From contig NC_086109.1 of NCBI RefSeq assembly GCF_963921235.1, positions 3,164,001-3,228,000 on the forward strand: a stretch of 64,000 nucleotides of DNA. The letters run 5' to 3'. The stretch comes from Mobula hypostoma. Taxonomy: Eukaryota. A model generated the notes under the pieces. The model ran no database searches and had not been told where the DNA came from. It saw only the letters and a list, made by a program, of their open reading frames with translations. This document shows positions 13,200 to 23,434 of the stretch, piece by piece; positions within the stretch are counted from its first letter, which is position 1; each line of letters begins with the position of its first letter. The translations under genes and the position numbers were made by a program.

Positions 13200-13241
13200 C
13201 AGTTAGTCCTGACGAAGGGTCTCAGCCCGAAACGTCGACTG
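13200..13241 (+). ncRNA. Minimal hammerhead ribozyme motif (best-preserved copy)
   Basis: AGTC (13205-08), CTGACGA (13209-15), A, GGG/CCC stem II, GAAA (13229-32), C, GTC (13234-36), GACT (13237-40). Confidence 0.82.
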
Positions 13242-14019
13242 TACCTCTTCCTGGAGATGCTGCCTGGCCTGCTGTGTTCCAGCAGCAATGTTGTGTGTGT
13301 GGCTTGAAATTCCAGCATCTGCAGGTTTCCTCGTGGTTGGGTGAGATCCAACGGCCAGGAAAGTAGTTCTGCAGTGTTCCTGCGAGAGTGAAGAGCGTGC
13401 AAAGCACAGAAGATGTCATGGTCATCCACTGCAACCAAGCAAGACCCAGTTTGTGACAGTTGTTCGTACTACTGGACCGAGACTTCTGAGCTCGAGAGAA
13501 TGGAACCGCCCCAATGCAATGGGTTTTCCAACAGGTTTCCTGTTATCATCGGACACTGTGGACAACCATCATACCATATTCTACATTATGCTAGTCAGAG
13601 CCTGTTGCTTAGTAACAGTACCAACATCTTTATTAATCTGTGGGAGATCATTCCACCACAGAAACAACATCTCAAGGACTGTGGAAACTCTTTTCCAGTC
13701 GATGAACTTCCAACAGAGCTGTGATGAAAGGTAATCACCTGAAACATTACCTCTGCTTCTACTTCTGTTTGGATGATCCTGTGTGAACCTGAGAATCGGG
13801 ACCACCCATCTTCGATTTCTTTGAGGAAATGAAATGCCTCATTAATGTTTCTGACGTTAACCAGCCATCCTGGTCTTGCCTTCAAGCGGTCCCATGGCTC
13901 CTCATCAGTGAAAGGTTGGGAATAAGGGTACAGGTGTATCATCAAGTGACAGACATTTTAACCATCACCCGCCTTGCTCTCTCATGCCATCACCGCAAGC
14001 CCCAGCACCGCACCTTGAG

Positions 14020-14646
14020 CCTGATCCTGCGCCGTACCTCTCTACGTTCTGTCCTGATCCTGCGCCGTACCTCTCTACGTTCTGTCCTGATCCTGCGCCG
14101 TACCTCTCTACGTTCTGTCCTGATCCTGCGCCGTACCTCTCTACGTTCTGTCCTGATCCTGCGCCGTACCTCTCTACGTTCTGTCCTGATCCTGCGCCGT
14201 ACCTCTCTACGTTCTGTCCTGATCCTGCGCCGTACCTCTCAACGTTCTGTCCTGATCCTGCGCCGTACCTCTCTACATTCTGTCCTGATCCTGCGCCGTA
14301 CCTCTCTACGTTCTGTCCTGATCCTGCGCCGTACCTCTCTACGTTCTGTCCTGATCCTGCGCCGTACCTCTCAACGTTCTGTCCTGATCCTGCGCCGTAC
14401 CTCTCTACGTTCTGTCCTGATCCTGCGCCGTACCTCTCTACGTTCTGTCCTGATCCTGCGCCGTACCTCTCTACGTTCTGTCCTGATCCTGCTCTGTACC
14501 TCTCTACGTTCTATCCTGATCCTGCGCTGTACCTCTCTACGTTCCGTCCTGATCCTGCGCTGTACCTCTCTACGTTCTGTCCTGATCCTGCGCTGTACCT
14601 CTCTACGTTCTATCCTGATCCTGCGCTGTACCTCTCTACGTTCTAT
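14020..14646. repeat. 33-bp minisatellite, about 19 copies
   Basis: Unit cctgatcctgcgccgtacctctctacgttctgt; explains the 11-aa repeat ORFs 13829-14653 and 13984-14688. Confidence 0.97.
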
Positions 14647-15169
14647 GATCTAAGGGCTGTGATAGGTCCGCTGGAAGACTTGTGGTGACCCGCTGTTTCC
14701 TCTGTAGTGAGTTGCAATGGACGGAGCTGAGCCGGGGACAGTTTACAAATTTTGGTCCCGTCCACATGGATAGGATAGCTGACCACTGTGTCGCACAGGG
14801 CATTCCACCCTCACGTTCAGACATGTTCTCACCCTGACCTATGGTAGCTGTCAGTGGTGACAGATGAGCAGAACTGCTGGAGCAGCCATTACTAACACCT
14901 GTTAGTGGACAGACAAATAGTGTGACATGTGTGGGAAAGCAAGAATGCTGCGGATGCAGGTGCACGTGGTGATAAGAGGCACCGAGAGAATGGACAGCCG
15001 GTAACACTTTTCCAGGATGGAAATGGCTAACATGACAGGGAATAAGTTTAAGGTGACAGGAGAGAAGTGTAGGAGGAGATATCAGAGGAATTTGTTTTTA
15101 AACACAAAGAGTGATCGGTGTATGAAATAAGCTGCCAGGGATGGTGGTAGGAGGCAGGTACATTAGGGA

Positions 15170-16625
15170 CCTTTGACAGTGTGGACTGTAATAAACTATA
15201 GCAAATCCTTAAAGAAACAGGGATACCGGGACATCTAATCTGCCTTATGAGAAACTTGTATAAAGATCAAGAAGCAACAGTTGGAACTGAACACGGAACA
15301 ACAAACTGGTTCAAGATTGGGAAAGGAGTACGACAAGGCTGCGTACTGTCACCCTACTTATTTAATCTATATGCTGAACACATCATGAGGAACACTGGTC
15401 TAGAGGATTCAAATGTTGGAATCAAAATTGCCGGATGAAATATTAACAACCCTCAGATATGCAGATGATACGACCCTCATGGCTGAAAGTGAGAAGGATC
15501 TGAGGAAGCTTCTAATCAAAGTGAAAGAAGAAAATGCAAAAGCTGGCTTGTTGCTCAATATTAAGAAAACCAAAATTATTTTGACCGGCCCCTATTAACT
15601 CCGTGGTAATAAATGGAAAAGAAGTGGAAGCAGTGACGGATTTTGTCTTCCTCGGTTCAAAGATTTCTAGAGATGGTAACTGCAGCCACAAAATTAAACC
15701 ACACTAACTTCTGAGGAGGGCAGCAACGGCAAGCTTAGACAAAATATTAAAGAGCAGAGATAAAATTGTCTGCAAGGATCAGTATAGTCAAGTCTGTTAT
15801 TTCTTGTTGTGATGTATGGCTGTAAGGCTGAATACAAAAGAATCGATGCCTTTGAACTTTGATGCTGGAGGAAAGTGTTAAGACTTTGTTGGACAGCAAG
15901 AAGATCCAACAAGTCAATACTTGAAGAAATGCAGCCAGACTGCTCACTAGTCATAGTCATAGTCATACTTTATTGATCCCGGGGGAAATTGGTTTTCGTT
16001 ACAGTTGCATCATAAATAATAAATAGTAATAGAACCATAAATAGTTAAATAGTAATATGTAAGTTATGCCAGTAAATTATGAAATAAGTCCAGGGCCAGC
16101 CTATTGGCTCAGGGTGCCTGACCCTCCAAGGGAGGAGTTGTAAAGTTTGATGGCCACAGGCAGGAATGACTTCCTATGACGCTCTGTGTTGCATCTCGGT
16201 GGAATGAGTCTCTGGCTGAATGTACTCCTGTGCCCAACCAGTACATTATGTAGTGGATGGGAGACATTGTCCAAGATGGCATGAAACTTGGACAGCATCC
16301 TCTTTCCAGACACCACCGTCAGAGAGTCCAGTTCCATCCTCACAACATCACTAGGAGTCTTGATTATGAGACAAAAGCTCAAATGTTTTGACCACATCAT
16401 GAGAAGACAGGATTCCTTGGAGGAGACTCTCAGGTTAAGTAAAATAGAAGGTAACAGAAGGAAAGGATGGCAGGGGCTACGCTGAGTGGATAGATAATAT
16501 TACTCAGACAATGCGTGTGACCTTGGGGGATCTTAGAGAGAGAGTTCCCAACAAGAAGGCTTGGTGTGCTGGAGTCCATGAGGCTACGAAGAGTCGGACT
16601 TGACTCAACAGCAGAAGAACAACAA
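15170..16625 (+). mobile_element. RTE-BovB-like LINE, 5'-truncated and degenerate
   Basis: RNLYKDQEATVGTEHGTTNWFKIGKGVRQGCVLSPYLFNLYAEHIMR..IKIAG, LRYADDTTLMAESE and HIMRRQDSLEETL closely follow BovB RT; (caa)-type tail. Confidence 0.88.
15951..16347 (-). mobile_element. Rex1/Babar LINE 3' fragment nested in the BovB-like copy
   Basis: RCNTERHRKSFLPVAIKLYN; (gactat)n tail; 7-bp TSD tcactag at 15944-15950 and 16348-16354. Confidence 0.85.
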
Positions 16626-16640
16626 GATAGGAACATCGAT

Positions 16641-16930
16641 GGGGTGGCATGTTAGCACAGTGGTTAGCAAGGCGCTTTACAGTACCAGCAACCTGGGTTC
16701 ATTTCCCGCCACTGCCTGGAAGGAGCTTGTGTGTTCTCCCTGTGTCCGCACTGCATGGGTTTCCTCTGGGAGCTCTGGTTTCCTCCCACAGTCCAATGAC
16801 GTGCCTGTTGGTAGCCTAATTAAACATTGTAAATTGTCTTATGATTAGGTTAGGAATAAATTGGGGGATTGCTGGACGATGTGGCTCGAAGGGCTGGAAG
16901 GGCCTATTCGGTGCTGTATCTCAATCAATA
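16641..16930 (+). mobile_element. V-SINE/HE1-like tRNA-derived SINE
   Basis: A box agcacagtggttag, B box gggttcattcc-like, V-domain-like gggtttcctctgggagctctggtttcctcccacagtcc, CR1-like tail. Confidence 0.75.
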
Positions 16931-17430
16931 AACAATATAAAAAAATAGAGGGCAATGAGTAGAGGAGAAGCGTTCGATTGACCTTGAAGCAGGTTAAAAT
17001 CTCTTCACAACATCATGGACCAAAGGGTTTGTACTGTACTGTAATGCTCTATATTCTAGGCCAATTATTACCCAAGGGAAGAAAGATTGCAGATGAATAA
17101 AGATGCAGAGAGACCAAGGTGTTCTTGTACATGTGAATGCAGCAGGCAAACAGGAAGGTAAATGTCTCATTGCCCTTTATTGCAAGATGGATGAAGTTTG
17201 CAAATGGAGAAGTATTGTTACATATAAATACTGTTATTTTATTGGAGCTTTTATTGGGGTTTTTAGCGGTGGAAATAGTTCCATCCCGACATGTGGGACA
17301 GAAGCAAGGTCGCGTTGTTCATTCGAGGGACCAGCTGCTTGCGCTAATGCCGGCCGGTTTAGTGAGCAGAGCAGCAGACACCCCTGCCGAAATCTGGAGG
17401 AAAACACACAGACGATGCAGAGGGGGAGCA

Positions 17431-19552
17431 TTTAAAGATCACATGGATGAACTACAACAATTGTTCATCCCAGTTTGGCAAAAGAATAAATCAAGGAAGG
17501 TAGTGCACCCGTGGCTGACAAGAGAAATTAGGGATAGTATCAATTCCAAAGAAGAAGCATACAAATTAGCCAGAGAAAGTGGCTCACCTGAGGACTGGGA
17601 GAAATTCTGAGTTCAGCAGAGGAGGACAAAGGGCTTAATTAGGAAGGGGAAAAAAGATTATGAGAGAAAACTGGCAGGGAACATAAAAACTGACTGTAAA
17701 AGCTTTTATAGATATGTAAAAAGGAAAAGACTGGTAAAGACAAATGTAGGTCCCCTACAGACAGAAACAGGTGAATTGATTATGGGGAGCAAGGACATGG
17801 CAGACCAATTGAATAATTACTTTGGTTCTGCCTTCACTAAGGAGGACATAAATAATCTTCCAGAAATAGTAAGGGACAGAGGGTCCAGTGAGATGGAGGA
17901 ACTGAGTGAAATACATGTTAGTAGGGAAGTGCTGTTAGGTAAATTGAAGGAATTAAAGGGAGATAAATCCCCAGGGCCAGATGGTCTGCATCCCAGCATA
18001 CTTAAGGAAATAGCCCAAGAAATAGTGGATGCATTAGTGATAATTTTTCAAAACTCATTAGATTCTGGACTAGTTCCTGAGGATTGGAGGGTGGCTAATG
18101 TAAGCACACTTTTTAAAAAAGGAGGGAGAGAGAAACCGGGGAATTATAGACCGGTTAGCCTAACATCGGTGGTGGGGAAACTGCTGGAGTCAGTTATCAA
18201 AGATGTGATAACAACACATTTGGAAAGTGGTGAAATCATCGGACAAAGTCAGCATGGATTTGTGAAAGGAAAATCATGTCTGACGAATCTCATAGAATTT
18301 TTTGAGGATGTAACTAGTAGAGTGGATAGGGGAGAACCAGTGGATGTGGTATATTTGGATTTTCAAAAGGTTTTTGATAAGGTCCCACACAGGAGATTAG
18401 TGTGCAAACTTAAAGCACACTGTATTGAGGGTAAGGTATTGATGTGGATAGAGAATTGGTTAGCAGACAGGAAGCAAAGAGTGGGAATAAACGGGACCTT
18501 TTCAGAATGGCAGGCAGTGACTGGTGGGGTACCGCAAGGCTCAGTGCTGGGACCCCAGTTGTTTACAATATATATTAATGACTTGGATGAGGGAATTAAA
18601 TGCAGCATCTCCAAGTTTGCAGATGACACGAAGCTGGGTGGCGGTGTTAGCTGTGAGGAGGATGCTAAGAGGATGCAGGGTGACTTGGATAGGTTGGGTG
18701 AGTGGGCAAATTCATGGCAGCTGCAATTTAATGTGGGTAAATGTGAAGTTATCCACTTTGGTGGCAAAAATAGGAAAACAGATTATTATCTGAATGGTGG
18801 CCGATTAGGAATAGGGGAGGTGCAACGAGACCTGGGTGTCATTATACACCAGTCATTGAAAGTGGGCATGCAGGTACAGCAGGCGGTGAAAAAGGTGAAT
18901 GGTATGCTGGCATTTATAGCAAGAGGATTCGAGTACAGGAGCAGGGAAGTACTACTGCAGTTGTACAAGGCCTTGGTGAGACCACACCTGGAGTATTGTG
19001 TGCAGTTTTGGTCCCCTAATCTGAGGAAAGACATCCTTGCCATAGAGGGAGTACAAAGAAAGTTCACCAGATTGATTCCTGGGATGGCAGGACTTTCATA
19101 TGAAGAAAGACTGGATGAACTAGGCTTGTACTCATTGGAATTTAGAAGATTGAAGGGGGATCTGATTGAAACGCATAAAATCCTAAAGGGATTGGACAGG
19201 CTAGATGCAGGAAGATTGTTCCCGATGTTGGGGAAGTCCAGAACGAGGGGTCACGGTTTGAGGATAAAGGCGAAGCCTTTTAGGACTGAGATTAGGAAAA
19301 ACTTCTTCACACAGAGAGTGGTGAATCTGTGGAATTCTCTGCCACAGGAAACAGTTGAGGCCAGTTCATTGGCTATATTTAAGAGGGAGTTAGATATGGC
19401 CCTTGTGGCTAGGGGGATCAGAGGGTATGGAGGTAAGGCTGGTGCAGGGTTCTGAGTTGGATGATCAGCCATGATCATAATAAATGGCGGTGCAGGCTCG
19501 AAGGGCTGAATGGCCTACTCCTGCACCTATTTTCTATGTTTCTATGTTTTCT
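17431..19552 (+). mobile_element. CR1 LINE, 5'-truncated, young
   Basis: Nearly uninterrupted ORF2 RT region; (tttctatg)n tail at about 19530-19550. Confidence 0.95.
17776..19455 (+). CDS. CR1 ORF2 reverse transcriptase region (559-aa open frame; N-terminally truncated, probably not expressed)
   Basis: KSPGPDG, NYRPVSLTS, QHGF, YLDFQKVFDKVPH, GVPQGSVLGP, KFADD and RPHLEYCVQFWSP motifs. Confidence 0.8.
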   Translation: MIMGSKDMADQLNNYFGSAFTKEDINNLPEIVRDRGSSEMEELSEIHVSREVLLGKLKELKGDKSPGPDGLHPSILKEIAQEIVDALVIIFQNSLDSGLVPEDWRVANVSTLFKKGGREKPGNYRPVSLTSVVGKLLESVIKDVITTHLESGEIIGQSQHGFVKGKSCLTNLIEFFEDVTSRVDRGEPVDVVYLDFQKVFDKVPHRRLVCKLKAHCIEGKVLMWIENWLADRKQRVGINGTFSEWQAVTGGVPQGSVLGPQLFTIYINDLDEGIKCSISKFADDTKLGGGVSCEEDAKRMQGDLDRLGEWANSWQLQFNVGKCEVIHFGGKNRKTDYYLNGGRLGIGEVQRDLGVIIHQSLKVGMQVQQAVKKVNGMLAFIARGFEYRSREVLLQLYKALVRPHLEYCVQFWSPNLRKDILAIEGVQRKFTRLIPGMAGLSYEERLDELGLYSLEFRRLKGDLIETHKILKGLDRLDAGRLFPMLGKSRTRGHGLRIKAKPFRTEIRKNFFTQRVVNLWNSLPQETVEASSLAIFKRELDMALVARGIRGYGGKAGAGF

Positions 19553-20419
19553 ACAAAGTCGAGGAAAGAGGACCAGGTCGACACAACAGAGACTTATGGA
19601 GAAGAGGAGTTCAGTGGGTAATAAAATGGACGAGTTCATGGCGCTATCCAAGTGTCAGAGAACATTTCGGGAGTGCAATGTTATGTGTTTCACTGGAACG
19701 GGGCTGCACAAGGACATACCCAATCAAAACTTTTCCATGGACAGCTTCCAGACCGTTCGGGCTGACCGGAAGTGCACTGAGAGTGGTAAGCGTAAAGGAG
19801 TTGGGTGCTTACTGTTCTGGTTAACAACAGATGGTGCAATCCAGGTCATATTACGATCAAGGAATGTGTTTGTAGACCGGATATTGAACTTTTTACGGTT
19901 GGACTTCGGCCACATTCCACCGAGATTCTACACTGGGTGGCACAGGAGGTCGTTCCTGCCTGTGGCCATCGAACTTGCAGCTCCTCCCGTGGAGGGTCAG
20001 ACACCCTGAGCCAATAGACTGGTCCTGGAATTTTTTCCATCTGGTATAGTTTGCTTTTTGTTGTTTGATTGTCTGTGGTTTTTGTATTGCTATATTTATA
20101 CTCTATTCTTGGTTGGTGCGGCTGTAATGAAACCCAATTTCCCTCGGGATCAATAAAGTATATCTATCTATCTACAGCTGTACAGGGCATTGGAGTGATC
20201 CCACTAGGAGTACCGTGCACAGTCTATGTCCCCTTATTCAAGAAAGGATAGACTATTTGTGAGGCAGCCCAGAGAAGTAGGTTCAGGTAGCTCCTTGGAT
20301 AAGGAAAGCCCTTTCCCCTTTTTCACAGCATCTTTGAGTTTGTTTCGCATTTAACTTTTTCTCTGTTCTGATCAAAGGCCATTAATTCTGGTTCTGGGTT
20401 CTCATAGATACCATTTGCT

Positions 20420-20750
20420 TTAAAGGCCTCAGTAGAGTGGATGTGGGAGGATGTTTCTTATGGTGACGGAGCTGAGGACCAGAGGGGTGTTCTTTCAGAA
20501 CAGATGAGGAGAAATTTAGCCAGATAGTGGTGATCTTGTGGAAATCATTGCCACAGACAGCTGCGGAGGCCAAGTCACAGTATATTTAAGGCAGAGGATG
20601 ATAGACTCTTGATTAGTTCGGCTATGGAGGGATGCATGGAGAAGGCAGAATATTGGGGCTGAGAGGGAAAATGATCAGCAATGATGAAATGGCAGAGCAG
20701 ACTCGATGGGCCACATGGCTTAATTCTGTTCCTATATCTCACTGTCTCAT
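20420..20750 (+). mobile_element. CR1 LINE 3' fragment
   Basis: Similar to the 3440-3770 CR1 end. Confidence 0.7.
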
Positions 20751-22289
20751 ATCTCCAACATCATCTGCACTTTCTTCTGATTTACAGCCTCGATAGAATT
20801 TGGCTCTGTTAACCTTAAAATTTCAGCTTCCTGCAGCATTTTATAAGCGCTCATGTACTTTGGACTTTCAGCTGTACGCTAAGAGCTTGCTGCTCTCAAG
20901 GTAACGTAACAGAAAGACAGAGAAATTGTGACTGCTTCACCTTTTCTTTCAAGCATTTCTCAAATCTATTCATCAAAGTAACTTAGCTCTTTCCTCTGGA
21001 GATTTCAGTATATCTGCTCCACCAATAGAAATCTTCCCTCCATACTCCTCTGTATCTCTGGTGAGTAATTCAATCAGCACATCCGTAGAAGGCTCTGCCC
21101 AAATGAATGTCCTAATGATGGCTCCAGTGAATTAGACATGCTGTCTCCAAGGAGAATCACAATGTAGTCAATTTTTTGGTGTTGCTTACAAACTAATCTA
21201 AAGGAAGGATTACAGGAGGGCTTTCTTTGCATGCTTAGGCCAGAGATTTGCTTAATAGCTCTGCAATATCCACCGATGAAATCGAAGCACTGCCCAAGAT
21301 TAAATACATTTAGCACTCATAATTGATAATGGTTCCACAACCAGTAGCCAGATTAGTTTTATTTTCTTGCATGAAGATAAAAAAAAATGAAATTACATTT
21401 TTATAATTACATCCAGGGATTGGAGCACAGTCGACTGAAATGTTATCAAGGTGTTCACATCATTAAATATAAAAGGCTTTAGTTCATTTATTTCTATTTA
21501 CGGAGAATTTCAGACAAGTCTGTTAAACATTTATGTTCCATCATTCTATAATGGAATTCCAAGGTTAAAGAACTATGCTATGGCAACATTTTACACTTTA
21601 AAGCAGAAATTGATGAGGAATTGAATGAAGATGCACAATTAAACACAGTTATCTCACTTCCGAACCTACTTACACTAAGCCTTTGTCCTCCTGTGTACCA
21701 CCGAAATAACCTAAATAGGAACTTTCCAAACTTGATAACAAATTGTTACTCAATAAAGCTTAACTCAAAGAGCCGAATTGGAATTGTGTGTGTGGCGGGG
21801 GGAGGGGGGCTTTAGGCTTCTAACGTTTGTCTGTCATTCTTTGGATTTTTTTTCTCTCTGCTTCATGGACATCTGTGAAGAGTAGGAATTCAGGTTGTGT
21901 ACTGTATATACTCTCTGATATTAAAATGAGCTGTTGACCCATTGAACCTGATTCACAGAGCAATACAGAAAAATGCAGCAGGATCTCACAGAAATGAGCT
22001 CAAGGTGGTACTGGAGCACATTTCAATTCCTGGTGCACATCGATGGGAGTAGGCAGTTTAAGTGGCTCAGCCCTGGTTAGATGGGCCGAAGGGCCTGTTT
22101 CTGTGCTGTACTTTTCTATGACACATGAATTTGGCATAGATTGAATGAACAGCTAGAGAGACTTTCCCAGGTCAACATTATTTTTAAGATGATTGGAGGA
22201 AAGTATTTTTTTTATTTTATTGTGATACAGTGTGGAATAAGTCCAACTGGCCTTTCGAGCCATACCACCCAGTAATCTCCTGATTTAAT

Positions 22290-22593
22290 AAAGGCAACCG
22301 TTAGTCTTGCTAGACCATGGATCTGCACCTGGAAAGTCTTTACTCTCCAGGGCGCAGGCCTGGGCAAGGTTGTATGGAAGACCGGCAGTTGCCCATGCTG
22401 CAAGTCTCCCCTCTCCATGACACCGATGTTGTCCAAGGGAAGGGCATTAGGACCCATACAGCTTGGCACCAGTGTCGTCACAGAGCAATTTGTGATTAAG
22501 TGCCTTGCTCAAGGACACAACACATTCCCTCGGCTGGGGCTCGAACTCATGACCTTCAGGTCGCTAGTCCAATGCCTTAACCACTTGGCCACG
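22290..22593 (-). mobile_element. tRNA/CORE-like/RTE-tail SINE, second copy
   Basis: Reverse-complement homolog of 5116-5420; 9-bp TSD tgatttaat at 22281-22289 and 22594-22602. Confidence 0.88.
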
Positions 22594-22602
22594 TGATTTA
22601 AT

Positions 22603-22815
22603 CCTAGCCTAATCTCCTGATTTAATCCTAGCCTAATCAGTGGACAATTTACAATACCCAATTAGCCTACCAATTGGTGAGTGGGAGGAAACCAGAGCAC
22701 CCAGAGGAAATGTACAAATGGGGAGAGCATACAAATTCCAGTAATTTGGCAGCGACAGGAACTGAACCCTAGTTGCCTGTACTGTAACATGTTGTGCTAA
22801 CCACCATGCCACCCA
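22603..22815 (-). mobile_element. V-SINE/HE1-like SINE (host of the preceding SINE)
   Basis: Homologous to 16641-16930 (gtgggaggaaaccagagcacccagaggaaa); its tail continues at about 22210-22289. Confidence 0.7.
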
Positions 22816-23434
22816 GAATGGTAAGTGATTGGAACACACTTCTAGGGACGGTGATAGAGGCAGGCATTCAAGAGATTTAAGATATCCTTAGATCGGCACG
22901 TGGATGATAGGAAAATGGAAGCTTATCTGGGAGGGAAGTGTTAGATTGAAATTGGAGTAGGTTAAAGAGGCAGCACAACATTGTGGGCTGAAGGGCCTAT
23001 ACTGTGTTGCATGGAACCAGGCAGAGGCTGTGAGTATTCAGTTGCCAGTTAAATCAGTATACTCACCTGTGTGGTAACAAGAAGCTCTTATGAGTTATAT
23101 TAGTCAGAGGGCCATAGAGCCCAGAAACAGGCCATTCAGCACATCATGCTCAGGCTAACCTTTCTGGTTATCTACACTAATTTCATTTGCCCCCATTAGA
23201 GCCAGGGAAATGTACAGCATAGAAACAGGCCCTTCAGCCCACCTAGTCTATGCCAAACCATTTAATCTGCCTACTCCCATCAACCTGCACTGGGACCATA
23301 ACCCTCCGTACCCCTACTATCCATGTAACTATCCTAACATCTCTTAAACATTGAAATCTAGCTTACGTGCATCACTTGTGCTGGCAGCTCGTTCCACACT
23401 CTCACCCCACCCTCTGAATGAAGAAGTTTCCCCT

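Larger units (their letters stand above)
12231..13337. mobile_element. Penelope-like (Neptune-type) fold-back insertion
   Basis: Left arm 12231-12710 (minus) is the inverse of the right arm 12711-13337 (plus); GIY-YIG tail on both arms; 13-bp TSD tgggtgagatcca at 12218-12230 and 13338-13350. Confidence 0.9.
11940..13530 (+). mobile_element. RTE-clade LINE 5' UTR-like remnant, split by a Penelope insertion
   Basis: aaccaggtgagggtagc...gaagtcagctccgg...catccactgcaacc..gtactactggacc resembles RTE 5' regions as I recall them; the sequence rejoins across the 13-bp TSD. Confidence 0.5.
17230..20175 (+). mobile_element. Internally deleted Rex1/Babar LINE split by a CR1 insertion
   Basis: 5' part (RVVHSRDQLLALMPAG..RRCRGG) resumes after the CR1 with APE N-terminus (SVGNKMDE..RECNVMCFTGT), then jumps at about 19915 to the 3' end (HRRSFLPVAIEL) and tail. 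Confidence 0.7.

Noticed and set aside
13829..14688. 274-aa and 234-aa repeat-protein ORFs
   Set aside because: They result from a 33-bp tandem repeat lacking stops; no gene context.
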